From Bacteroidota bacterium (lineage in GTDB: Bacteria; Bacteroidota; Bacteroidia; UBA4408): a stretch of 64,000 nt of DNA. Under the pieces are notes generated by a model. That model ran no database searches and was not told the DNA's origin. It was given only the letters and a program-made list of their open reading frames with translations. The position numbers and the translations under genes were made by a program. Within the stretch, counting starts at the first letter, position 1. Each line of letters begins with the position of its first letter. The stretch is taken from assembly GCA_037131955.1 (NCBI GenBank), contig JBAXQC010000001.1:46366-110365 (forward strand), given 5' to 3'. Below are positions 36,258 to 46,016 of this stretch, piece after piece.

Positions 36258-37310
36258 TTATACCAATACTATTCCACCATTTTCTTGTTGCAATTGAAAT
36301 TCTCCAATCACCGATAAGCACTTTTTGTCAATATCAAACTTTGCCATTAACTCTACTACAACTTCTATTTTATTTGGTTCAATGGCAAGCAAAAGTCCCC
36401 CGTTGGTTTGTGGGTCGCATAGCGAAATAAAATCCAAGCCTTCTAAACCGCTAACATTTTCTTTGTAATTGTTGTAGTTTTTGGTAGTAATATCAGGATA
36501 AACAAATTGATTGCAATAATTTTGAGCCGATTGGAGAATTGGTATTTTACTTTTTTCTATCGCAACAGAAACACCCGAAGCCTTTGTTATTTCGAGCAAA
36601 TGTCCTAAAAAACCAAAACCTGTTACATCAGTCATTGCTGTTACTCCTTCTATTTTTGCAAGTTCAGCGCCAATGCTATTGAGTTGGGTAGAATAATGTA
36701 AAAATTCAGCATATTCTATTTCAGAAATCAACCCTCTTTTTATAGCAGCACTTAATATTCCTAAGCCAAGTGGTTTTGTTAGTAGTAATAAATTTCCAGG
36801 TTTTGCACCAGCATTGGTTTTTAAGTTTTTTTTATTGACTAAACCATTTACAGCAAGGCCAAAAAAAGGCTCGGAGCTTTCTATAGTATGACCACCAGCC
36901 AAAGGTATACCTGCAATTTTGCATACCTCAATTGCACCGTTTAAAATTTCTGTGGCGATATTGGGTTCAATTTTTGAAATGGGCCAACCTAAAATACCAA
37001 TTGCTAAAATAGGATTACCTCCCATTGCATAAACATCACTGATAGAATTTGCTGCTGCAATTCTTCCAAAGTCAAACGGATCGTCAACAATTGGAGTAAA
37101 AAAATCGGTAGTAGAAATTAAGAAATTTTGTTCGTCCAATGCAATAACAGCAGCATCGTCGTTTGAAGAATTGCCAACAATTAAATTTGAGAAGGTAGAA
37201 TTTTGTAGACTGGTATTTTTAATAATTTCTTTTAAAATAGAATTATCTATTTTGCAACCACAACCGGAAGCCTTGCTAAATTGAGTAAGTTTAATAATTG
37301 AATGTTTCAA
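36258..37310 (-). CDS. selD: Selenide, water dikinase (Cys form)
   Basis: KLTQ...GCGCK, DDAAV, TTDFFTP, AGGHT, TDVTGFG and DPQTNGGLL; TTG start overlapping the upstream gene. Confidence 0.93.
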   Translation of the reverse strand: MKHSIIKLTQFSKASGCGCKIDNSILKEIIKNTSLQNSTFSNLIVGNSSNDDAAVIALDEQNFLISTTDFFTPIVDDPFDFGRIAAANSISDVYAMGGNPILAIGILGWPISKIEPNIATEILNGAIEVCKIAGIPLAGGHTIESSEPFFGLAVNGLVNKKNLKTNAGAKPGNLLLLTKPLGLGILSAAIKRGLISEIEYAEFLHYSTQLNSIGAELAKIEGVTAMTDVTGFGFLGHLLEITKASGVSVAIEKSKIPILQSAQNYCNQFVYPDITTKNYNNYKENVSGLEGLDFISLCDPQTNGGLLLAIEPNKIEVVVELMAKFDIDKKCLSVIGEFQLQQENGGIVLV

Positions 37311-37650
37311 CTTTTAATTTTAAATCTTCAAAGCTAACAGGTTTAATTAGAAAAGTAGAATTAGAAATTGCTTCCATTTTAGCAACAAAAGATTTATCGG
37401 AATTTCCTGTTAGAAAAAAGATTGGTATAGCAGAAAATTTTCTAATTTCTTCTGCCGCATCAATGCCATTTTTTGGCCCAATTAAATTTATATCCATTAA
37501 AATTAAATCGCTTGGATTATTTTTTACAGCATCAATAGTTTCATCAAAAGAGCTAGCAATTGCAGTACAATTACAGCTCATTTTTTCGATGTATTTTTTT
37601 ACAACAAAGGCAAGAATTGAATCGTCTTCAACAAGAATAATATTTTTCAT
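37291..37650 (-). CDS. Single-domain response regulator (receiver)
   Basis: VEDD, DLILMDI, FLTG and KP motifs. Confidence 0.9.
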   Translation of the reverse strand: MKNIILVEDDSILAFVVKKYIEKMSCNCTAIASSFDETIDAVKNNPSDLILMDINLIGPKNGIDAAEEIRKFSAIPIFFLTGNSDKSFVAKMEAISNSTFLIKPVSFEDLKLKVETFNY

Positions 37651-37745
37651 TTACGTATAATTTAAAGAATAGACAAAAGCAAAAAACTATATTTTGAGCA
37701 TGTTTTTGTCTGCGAAAGATAGGAATATTTCATGTTGTAAATATA

Positions 37746-39860
37746 TTAAGAAATTGGATTGCAATTAATTTGGAAATATGCTCCATTTTCATTTTTAAAA
37801 CTCATGGTGCCCCTAAGTTGTAAAATTAATGCATTTATCAATTCTAAGCCAATGGAATTACCTTTGTTAAGGGCACTTTCCCAATTAAAACCAATGCCGT
37901 TATCCTTGTATATTAAAACGTGGTTTCCATCTAGTTCTTGCCAAGAGATAAAAATCACAGGTTGTTTTACAGCAGCAAAAGCATATTTTAGAGAATTTGT
38001 AATTAACTCATTTAATATTAACCCATAAGTTAAACCAACGTTCATGGACATTTCTTTGTCCTCAATTTCAAAATCAACCAAAACATTTTGCACAAATTGA
38101 TAAGAAGCTAAAATACTTTGCCAAAGATCTCTAAAATAATCGCTTACTTTGATGGCAGAAAAATTATCGGTGTTGTATAATTTTTCATGAATTAATGCCA
38201 TTGATTTAATTCTGGTTTCGCTTTCTTTAAACAATTGTTTTGTTGGTTCATCCTTAATAGCTTCGGATTGTAAAAAAAGTAAGCCTGACACAACTGCTAA
38301 ATTATTTTTTACACGGTGGTGAATTTCTGAAAGCAGTACCTCTTTTTCGTTGAGCGATTTTAACAATTCAGAATTGGCATGCACCGCTTCTGTGTTGTCT
38401 AAAACCATGGAAGCAACGCCTAAAATATTTCCTTCTGCATCACTTAATTGAGAGTTATACCATTCGCAATGAATAACCTGTCCATTTTTATTTATATTGA
38501 TATTTGTACTTCTGCTGCCTCCCGTTTTATTTAACAATTCTTTCCATACGCTTTCAATTATTTGGGGCTGAACTTTTTTAGGAATAATTATTGAGGCGTG
38601 CTTACCCATTATTTCCTCCTTAGTATATCCAAAAATTCTTTCGGAAGACTGATTCCACTCCATTACTTCAAAATTTAAGTTCCATTCTATGTAGCCCAGA
38701 GGAGTTTGTTTTTGGTAAAGTTGTTGTCTTTGTTCCCCCAACCTAATAATTGTTTCAAAACTTTTTACTCTGGAAATATCTGTAATCCTTTTTAATTCAT
38801 AATCTGTTCCTAAAATATTAATTTTTTTAATAGTAACGGAAGCCCAAAAACAGTTGCCATTGTTATCTAACCACTCTAGCTCTTCGCTATATTCCTGGCC
38901 ACTTTCGTATATTCTAGAATATTTATCTAAATCTTCTGATGATACTGGTTTCTTTCTGAAGGAAGAGGTATTTCTACCAATTATTTGACTTGGGTGCTTA
39001 AATCCTAATACCTCAACTGCCTTTTTGTTGCAGTTTACAATTTTTCTATCGCTAATTGTGCTTAAGAAAACTAAATCAGGCGAAGCATCGTAAAGATTTC
39101 TAAAAAATTCTAAATCGTACGTTAGTTTATTTTCTTTTTCTTTAAAATTGCTAATATCTATTCCGGTAATTAAGTACTTATAGGTTGAATTGGAATTGGA
39201 AATGGAATGAATTTTACAAATAAAGGTTAGGTATTTTCCTAGTTTTGATCTTAAAACTATTTCAGATTCATTAAACAAATTATCAGCTTTTAACTGAGAT
39301 AATAAATCTCTTGCGGCTCTTTTGCTTTCTGGATGCATCAAATCTAAACAAGAAAGTCCAAGCACATCAAAATCTCTGTATCCAAGAATTTTTTTAAATG
39401 AATTGCTTACAAAGGAATAGTTAAATTTTTCGTCAAGAAATACTATTATTTCCATAGTATAATCCAGCGAAATAGAAGTTATCTGATGATTAGAACGATA
39501 AAAGTTTTCTTCTGATTTTAAAGAATACAAGAATAAGATTTCATTTTTATTGTCGTCTTTTAAAAAAAGCAAAGAATAAACAATCCAATACCTGTTTCCA
39601 TTAAAACTTAATTCAAGGGGTTGTTGAAAAACAGTTGTTTGTTCAGCAATTTTTGTTTCAATAGAACTTATTTGTTCACTATTCAGGTGAATTTTTAGAT
39701 TAGAGCTATTCCCAAATTTTTCTTTTGCTGTGGGCGACAATCTAATAATATCTAATTTGGAATTTATAACAAGATAAGCTTCTGCAATTGCCTCCAAAAG
39801 TTTTTGAAAAGAATTTGTAGAAATTGAAGAAAGTAAATTATTATCTAATTTATTTTCCAT
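37746..39860 (-). CDS. Cytoplasmic multi-PAS sensor histidine kinase (HisKA_2 type)
   Basis: PAS repeats; EIHHRVKNNL H-box; NELITNSLKYAF, DNGIG and SIGL; no TM segment. Confidence 0.9.
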   Translation of the reverse strand: MENKLDNNLLSSISTNSFQKLLEAIAEAYLVINSKLDIIRLSPTAKEKFGNSSNLKIHLNSEQISSIETKIAEQTTVFQQPLELSFNGNRYWIVYSLLFLKDDNKNEILFLYSLKSEENFYRSNHQITSISLDYTMEIIVFLDEKFNYSFVSNSFKKILGYRDFDVLGLSCLDLMHPESKRAARDLLSQLKADNLFNESEIVLRSKLGKYLTFICKIHSISNSNSTYKYLITGIDISNFKEKENKLTYDLEFFRNLYDASPDLVFLSTISDRKIVNCNKKAVEVLGFKHPSQIIGRNTSSFRKKPVSSEDLDKYSRIYESGQEYSEELEWLDNNGNCFWASVTIKKINILGTDYELKRITDISRVKSFETIIRLGEQRQQLYQKQTPLGYIEWNLNFEVMEWNQSSERIFGYTKEEIMGKHASIIIPKKVQPQIIESVWKELLNKTGGSRSTNININKNGQVIHCEWYNSQLSDAEGNILGVASMVLDNTEAVHANSELLKSLNEKEVLLSEIHHRVKNNLAVVSGLLFLQSEAIKDEPTKQLFKESETRIKSMALIHEKLYNTDNFSAIKVSDYFRDLWQSILASYQFVQNVLVDFEIEDKEMSMNVGLTYGLILNELITNSLKYAFAAVKQPVIFISWQELDGNHVLIYKDNGIGFNWESALNKGNSIGLELINALILQLRGTMSFKNENGAYFQINCNPIS

Positions 39861-40034
39861 TTAGGATAAAATTATTTGGATAAATTTATTAAAATATTTA
39901 CAAATCCCAAAAATTTATTGATTTATCCATTTAGTTCGCAAATTATCAATTTTTATTTAATACTTAGGGGCTTTACCACAAACCCCATTTACTATGATAT
40001 CTTGCACATGTTTTTTTAATGGTTAATTCATTAA

Positions 40035-41798
40035 TTAATTATTACTGCTCCAAATTGTGTGGTTGTTTTTTTGAAAATCTGAAACCCCCACTTTTCTTGA
40101 AATAATAGCACGAGAATAATAATCTGTTTGTGATAATTTTAAATTTACCTCTTTAAATTTAGATTTCGAAAATAGTTGAAGTGTTAAATTTTTATCGTTG
40201 CATAAGTTAAAGCAATCGTTCCAGTCAGATTTTAATTCAATACCATTCATGGCAATAATTTTGTCGCCAATTGCTATGCCGGCCATATCGGCTTTAGAAT
40301 TTGGATAAATAGCATTTACAATATAGCTGCCATTGGCATTTATATCCGCTTTAATTCCTAATGTGCTTTCATAGGCATTAGAGGAGGGAATAAAGTGTAA
40401 ATCGTATCCCAAAAAATCAAAAGAAGACTCTAACCGAGAAATCATTGATTCTGTACCAAAAATAAAATTGTTGCAAAAGTCATCCCACTTTTCATTAGAA
40501 ATTTTCTCCAAAATATTTTTAAATGAATTAAAATCATAACCTCTGTTTTTGAGTCCAAATTCAGAATATAATGTTCTCATTACATCATCGAGTGAATGTT
40601 TATTGTGGGTACTTTTTCTTATACTAATATCCATCAAAAAAGCAATTAAACAACCTTCGGTATAAATGCTAACTTTTCTATCTGGAATACCTTTTACATA
40701 TCCGTCTAACCAAGTATCATAAGAAGATTCTGCCACCGAATAATTTTTTCTTCCAAAGTTATCGGAGTGTTTCTGAATCTGTTCTTGTAAGGTAGTAAGA
40801 TAATCGTGCTCAGAAAAAACACCTGAACGATACAACAAATAATCTCCGTAATAAGTAGTTATTCCTTCGTAAATAAAACCAAGTTTACTGTAATTTTCTT
40901 GCGTAAAATCATAAGGAAGCATATCTGTTGGACGTATTTTTTTTACATTCCATACGTGAAATAATTCATGACAAGAAACTCCTAAAAGCTCGTCGTAAAT
41001 TTCTTTCTTCATTAGTTTATTTCCGGGGCCTAGAGCAATGATGGTAGAATTTAAATGTTCTACGCCATGATAAAATGGAGTTGGCAGAATTTGAAAAATA
41101 AAATGATACTCTTTGCCGGGGAATGATTTAAACAAATTTAATTGTTCATTTGTAAACACATAAAAATCTCTTAGTAGCAAATTCCAATCTAGATTTGCAA
41201 TTCCCTGAAACCACAAATGAAATTTTATAGAATTTATTTCATAAAAATTATGTTGCAAAGTATCACTGCAAATGAAAGGTGAATCCGCTAATTCATCAAA
41301 GTTTGAATGAGAAAATTTAATAGAGCATAACTCAGTATCAATAAATGTTTTATTGAATGTAAATGAGGAAGCAATTTCATACTTCATAGGTAAAACTAAT
41401 TCAACTTCTAATTCGCTTTTAAAGAGATGAACAGGATAAGCAAAACAATTTACAGGGTTTATGTAAATCTGTGATTCATCTAAGTATGTTGAACCAGCGT
41501 TGATTTCTGAGGCATAATATTCATAAGAAACAATTACTTTATTTGTTGATGGACAATCAATCTCCCAAAGGTCTTTGTTAAGTTTATTAAACATTAAGCT
41601 ATTTCCATTTTTGTCTGTGCAACTAAAATTTCTAATATTTTTTGCAAAGTTTCCAAGCTCATATCTTCCGGGTCGCCAGGAGGGCAATTGAATGTGAGCG
41701 GTTGAAATTTCCTTAGAGTCAAATTCAAGTGATATAGAAATAAATTGACGGTGAGGATTATTGCACGTTAGTTGGTATTTTAAATTATGAAAAGACAT
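40035..41798 (-). CDS. M61 glycyl aminopeptidase with PDZ domain
   Basis: PSWRPGRY, GVEH, HELFHVWN and EGITTYY motifs. Confidence 0.9.
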   Translation of the reverse strand: MSFHNLKYQLTCNNPHRQFISISLEFDSKEISTAHIQLPSWRPGRYELGNFAKNIRNFSCTDKNGNSLMFNKLNKDLWEIDCPSTNKVIVSYEYYASEINAGSTYLDESQIYINPVNCFAYPVHLFKSELEVELVLPMKYEIASSFTFNKTFIDTELCSIKFSHSNFDELADSPFICSDTLQHNFYEINSIKFHLWFQGIANLDWNLLLRDFYVFTNEQLNLFKSFPGKEYHFIFQILPTPFYHGVEHLNSTIIALGPGNKLMKKEIYDELLGVSCHELFHVWNVKKIRPTDMLPYDFTQENYSKLGFIYEGITTYYGDYLLYRSGVFSEHDYLTTLQEQIQKHSDNFGRKNYSVAESSYDTWLDGYVKGIPDRKVSIYTEGCLIAFLMDISIRKSTHNKHSLDDVMRTLYSEFGLKNRGYDFNSFKNILEKISNEKWDDFCNNFIFGTESMISRLESSFDFLGYDLHFIPSSNAYESTLGIKADINANGSYIVNAIYPNSKADMAGIAIGDKIIAMNGIELKSDWNDCFNLCNDKNLTLQLFSKSKFKEVNLKLSQTDYYSRAIISRKVGVSDFQKNNHTIWSSNN

Positions 41799-41804
41799 AT
41801 AAAT

Positions 41805-43364
41805 TTAATTAGGTCTGTACTCACCAAAAACATTTCTAAATGTATCGGCAATTTCACCAAGTGTAGCATACTGTTCGCATGCTTCTAAAATACCAGGCAT
41901 AAGGTTAACATTTGCCCTTGCATCTGCATCTAATTTTTGCAAAAGCAGTGTAATTTTTTGATTGTCTCTTTCTGATTTAAGTTGATTTAATTTAGCAATT
42001 TGTTGTACCCTTATGTTATCGTCAACAACAAAAATATTTTCAATAGGATTTTCTTTAGCAGTAAATTTATTTACACCAACAATAATTTTTTCGCCACTTT
42101 CTATGTCATTTTGATAACGGTATGCCGAGCCTGCAATTTCATCTTGAATGTATCCTTCTTCAATTGCTTGAACTGAGCCGCCCATTGCATCTATTTTATT
42201 GATGTATTCCCATGCTTTTTCTTCAATTTCGTTGGTTAAATTTTCAACAAAGTAAGAACCTGCCAATGGGTCAACGGTTTCGGAAACTCCACTTTCAAAA
42301 GCAATAAGTTGTTGTGTTCTTAAAGCTATTCGAGCAGCCTCTTCTGTTGGAAGTGCAATGGCTTCATCAAATCCGTTTGTATGCAAAGATTGAGTGCCGC
42401 CTAATACTGCAGATAATGCTTGAATGGTAACTCTGATGATGTTGTTTTGCGGCTGTTGAGCAGTAAGAGTGGAACCACCAGTTTGAGTATGAAATCTTAG
42501 CATCATACTTTTAGGATCTTTGGCACCTAAATCTTTTGTAATTTTAGCCCACATTCTTCTAGCTGCTCTAAATTTTGCAACTTCTTCGAACAAATTGTTG
42601 TGTGCATTAAAAAAGAAGGATAATCGTTTTGCAAAGACATCTATGTCTAATCCTTTGTCTAGAGCGGCCAATAAATATGACTTACCGTTTGAAAGGGTGA
42701 AAGCAAGTTCTTGAACAGCATTTGCCCCTGCTTCTCTAATGTGGTAACCGCTTATAGAAATTGTATTCCATTTTGGAACTTCTTTGCTACAGTATTCAAA
42801 AATATCAGTAATTAGTCGCATCGAAGGCTTTGGAGGATAAATGTAAGTACCTCTTGCAGCGTATTCTTTAAGGATATCGTTTTGAATTGTGCCTGAAATT
42901 TTTTTGATATCAGCTCCTTGCTTCTTTGCTAAGGCAACATACATTGCCAACAAAGTTGAAGCAGTAGAATTAATGGTCATTGAAGTTGTGATTTTTTCTA
43001 ATTCAATTCCATCAAACAAAACTTCCATGTCTCTTAAAGAATCAATTGCAACACCTGCTTTACCTACTTCGCCATCTGCAAACTCATGATCAGAATCGTA
43101 CCCGATTTGGGTAGGTAAGTCAAACGCAACGGAAAGCCCTGTTGTTCCATTGTTTAGCAAATAATGGTATCTTTTGTTAGACTCTTCGGCAGTGGAAAAA
43201 CCAGCATATTGCCTCATTGTCCATAATTTACTCCTGTACATATCAGCCTGAACACCTCGTGTAAAGGGATATTCGCCGGCCTTTTCTATTAAAGGTTCTG
43301 TGGGAGGATATGTCTGTTTTATTTCAATTCCCGAATCAGTAAAAATTTTTTTTGAGTTTTCCAT
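41805..43364 (-). CDS. Methylmalonyl-CoA mutase family, substrate-binding (large) subunit
   Basis: [19 protein letters not shown] and RFHTQT; no B12-binding domain. Confidence 0.92.
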   Translation of the reverse strand: MENSKKIFTDSGIEIKQTYPPTEPLIEKAGEYPFTRGVQADMYRSKLWTMRQYAGFSTAEESNKRYHYLLNNGTTGLSVAFDLPTQIGYDSDHEFADGEVGKAGVAIDSLRDMEVLFDGIELEKITTSMTINSTASTLLAMYVALAKKQGADIKKISGTIQNDILKEYAARGTYIYPPKPSMRLITDIFEYCSKEVPKWNTISISGYHIREAGANAVQELAFTLSNGKSYLLAALDKGLDIDVFAKRLSFFFNAHNNLFEEVAKFRAARRMWAKITKDLGAKDPKSMMLRFHTQTGGSTLTAQQPQNNIIRVTIQALSAVLGGTQSLHTNGFDEAIALPTEEAARIALRTQQLIAFESGVSETVDPLAGSYFVENLTNEIEEKAWEYINKIDAMGGSVQAIEEGYIQDEIAGSAYRYQNDIESGEKIIVGVNKFTAKENPIENIFVVDDNIRVQQIAKLNQLKSERDNQKITLLLQKLDADARANVNLMPGILEACEQYATLGEIADTFRNVFGEYRPN

Positions 43365-43450
43365 ACAAAAAGCAATTTCAATTGTTTATCAAGCAAATTT
43401 ATACAAAGAAATTAGAGTAAAGCACGACAATTATTAGATTTGCAAAAAAT

Positions 43451-44473
43451 ATGGAAAACCAAAACAACAAAACTGGAGTATTGCTAATAAATTTAGGAAC
43501 TCCAGATAGTCCTTCAACATCAGATGTAAGAAAATACTTATTTGATTTTTTAAACGATGGAAGAGTAATAGATATTAATCCAATTGCAAGAGCGCTTTTA
43601 GTAAACTTAATTATTGTTCCGTTTAGAGCTCCAAAATCTGCAAAACTTTACAAAGAAATTTGGTCAGAAAAAGGATCTCCACTTTTGTATCATGGCAAGA
43701 ATTTAACATATAAACTAAGGGAATCGCTAGGTGCTGATTACGAAGTTTATTTTGCAATGAGGTATCAAAATCCAAACATGCGATTGGTTTTGGATGAGAT
43801 GAAAAATAAATATTTTAAAAAATTAATTGTACTGCCCTTGTATCCGCAATATGCAGGATCAACAACTGGTTCTACCATAGAATTATTGATGAAAGAAATT
43901 GGGAAATGGCAAGTAATGCCTCAAATAAAAATTATTACAAAATTTTACCAGAATCCAGATTACATAAGTTGTGTTGCCAAAAGCTCAGAAAAATACAATT
44001 GGAAAGATTACGACCATGTATTGTTTAGCTTTCATGGAATTCCGGAAAGACAAATAAAAAGAACAGATTTTACTGACTGCTGTTTAAAAGAAAATTGTTG
44101 TGGAAAAATTACAGCTGCAAATGAATATTGCTACAAAGCAGGTTGCTACGAAACTGCAAGAAATGTAGCCAAAGAGATAGGAATTCCGTTGGAAAAATAC
44201 TCAGTGAGTTTTCAAAGTAGATTAGGAAGAGACCCATGGATTAAACCCTACTCCGATAAAGTAATTGAAGAATTTGCAAACAAAGGCATGAAGAAATTAT
44301 TAGTTTTTTCTCCTGCTTTTGTTGCAGACTGTCTGGAAACAATTCATGAGATTGGTGCAGAATACGACGAGTTGTTTAAGGAGCACGGTGGCGAAAAAAT
44401 ACAATTAGTAGAAAGCTTAAATAGTAATGATTACTGGGTGGAGACGGTAAAAAAAATGATTCTAGAAAACTAA
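43451..44473 (+). CDS. hemH: Ferrochelatase
   Basis: NLGTP, PLYPQY, FSFHGIP, FQSRLG and FVADCLET; Cys-rich insert. Confidence 0.95.
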   Translation: MENQNNKTGVLLINLGTPDSPSTSDVRKYLFDFLNDGRVIDINPIARALLVNLIIVPFRAPKSAKLYKEIWSEKGSPLLYHGKNLTYKLRESLGADYEVYFAMRYQNPNMRLVLDEMKNKYFKKLIVLPLYPQYAGSTTGSTIELLMKEIGKWQVMPQIKIITKFYQNPDYISCVAKSSEKYNWKDYDHVLFSFHGIPERQIKRTDFTDCCLKENCCGKITAANEYCYKAGCYETARNVAKEIGIPLEKYSVSFQSRLGRDPWIKPYSDKVIEEFANKGMKKLLVFSPAFVADCLETIHEIGAEYDELFKEHGGEKIQLVESLNSNDYWVETVKKMILEN

Positions 44474-44477
44474 AATT

Positions 44478-45134
44478 TTGGTTTCGAAACTAAAGTATTT
44501 TTTAAGTTTTATATTCGACGTTAAAATAGAAACTACTGAAAGTATTTTAAACCCATTTCTGCAAGTTGTGATTAGAAATGGTAGATTGTTGTTAAACACA
44601 TATAATGCCAACTATTCTTATGGTAGCCTGCAAGATGCCTTTAGATTTGTGTTTAAGAAAATAAAAATTGAAGATAAGAAAATAAAAGACATTCTTGTTT
44701 TAGGTTTTGGTTGTGGTAGCGTTGCAGCCTTGTTTAATGGCTATAAAAACGTTGAAATTACTGGAGTTGAAGCAGATGAAAAGGTGCTAGCGTTGTATGA
44801 AAAATATTTTATTGAAGAGATTACATCAGAGTTAAATTTAGTTGAAGCGTTCGCCGAAGATTATGTAACAACTATAACTAAAACCTACGATTTAATTATT
44901 GTTGATGTATTTATCGACATTGAAGTTCCAAGTAGTATTAAAGAATCCTCGTTTTATAAACCTTTACAAAACAGATTAAATAAAAATGGAATTTTGATTT
45001 TTAATTTTATTGTTTTGAATGAAAAAGAACAAATTGAATTTGAAAAAATTGAAGATTATTTTAAGTTAAATTATAGAAGAGTAGAAACAATAGAATTTAT
45101 GAAATTTAATAAGATTCTAGTGGCAGAAAAATAA
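44478..45134 (+). CDS. Spermidine synthase-like SAM-dependent methyltransferase
   Basis: ANYSYGSL, LVLGFGCGS and DLIIVDVF motifs. Confidence 0.75.
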   Translation: MVSKLKYFLSFIFDVKIETTESILNPFLQVVIRNGRLLLNTYNANYSYGSLQDAFRFVFKKIKIEDKKIKDILVLGFGCGSVAALFNGYKNVEITGVEADEKVLALYEKYFIEEITSELNLVEAFAEDYVTTITKTYDLIIVDVFIDIEVPSSIKESSFYKPLQNRLNKNGILIFNFIVLNEKEQIEFEKIEDYFKLNYRRVETIEFMKFNKILVAEK

Positions 45135-45845
45135 TTATTCTAGGTCACACAATTTTTTGTTGCACTCCCCTATTACTTTGCAATCATTGCATACAACAAA
45201 AATATTCTCTGCCAATTTATTTGAAATTGTTATTGTTTTTTTTTCTACCAATATATTCATAGAGAGATCAAATGGTTGAATTTTAACAACTTTAAGTGAT
45301 TTGTTTATTCCCAAACCTAATTCAAATAAATGCTTTAAAAGAACATCAGAATTTTCTTTCATGGCAACCATTTTTACAGCTTTACCCACTTTAGCACTTG
45401 AAAGAGTTTTTTTGAAATGTATTTTAATCTCTCCTTTAGAATTTGGAATTACATCGCCGTGGGGATCAAATTGAGGATAATTTAAAAATTCATCTAATCG
45501 TTCAATTAATTTAGGGTTGTTTACATGCTCTAGTAATTCTGCAATTTCATGTATTTCATCCCAAGTAAATTTTAGTTTATCAAACAAAAATGTTTCCCAT
45601 AATCTATGTCTTCTAATTATTTCGATTCCTGATTTTTTGCCAGATTTAGTAATTTTTATTTTCCCGTATTTTTCGTAATCAATAAGCTTTTTATCTTTTA
45701 ATCTTTTAAGCATATCATTTACTGTTGCAGGTTTTACACCTAAATCTAAAGCTAATTCATTTGTACCCACTTTTCCGTCAATTGAATTTTTTTCAGAAAT
45801 TTTAATTAAGGCTTTTAGATAATTCTCTTCAGTGGCAGATAACAT
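45135..45845 (-). CDS. DtxR/MntR family metal-dependent regulator with FeoA-like domain
   Basis: EENYLK, RRHRLWETFL, LEH and DPHG motifs. Confidence 0.92.
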   Translation of the reverse strand: MLSATEENYLKALIKISEKNSIDGKVGTNELALDLGVKPATVNDMLKRLKDKKLIDYEKYGKIKITKSGKKSGIEIIRRHRLWETFLFDKLKFTWDEIHEIAELLEHVNNPKLIERLDEFLNYPQFDPHGDVIPNSKGEIKIHFKKTLSSAKVGKAVKMVAMKENSDVLLKHLFELGLGINKSLKVVKIQPFDLSMNILVEKKTITISNKLAENIFVVCNDCKVIGECNKKLCDLE

Positions 45846-45876
45846 GTTGCAAAAATAAAAAAATGTTTGAATTTAA

Positions 45877-45991
45877 TTTAGATTAACCAAACAAAATAAA
45901 TCAGTTGCAAAGACCTAATATTTAATGTGAAAATTAATAAACTTTAATTAAAAATAAATATTTTGTTTAATTTTTGTTAGATTAACCTAAC
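45877..45991. promoter_or_regulatory. Two DtxR/MntR-type operator boxes in the divergent promoter
   Basis: TTAGATTAACCAAA (45878-91) and GTTAGATTAACCTAAC (45976-91), near-palindromes resembling TTAGGTTAACCTAA. Confidence 0.7.
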
Positions 45992-46016
45992 TTTTATACT
46001 TTTGTGGTCATAACAA

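Noticed and set aside
37255-37275. Selenocysteine recoding in selD
   Set aside because: The active-site motif is GCGCK with Cys codons; there is no in-frame TGA.
41805-43364. Truncated methylmalonyl-CoA mutase pseudogene
   Set aside because: Split mutases with a separate B12-binding subunit are well known, and the ORF ends with the normal ATLGEI...FGEY terminus.
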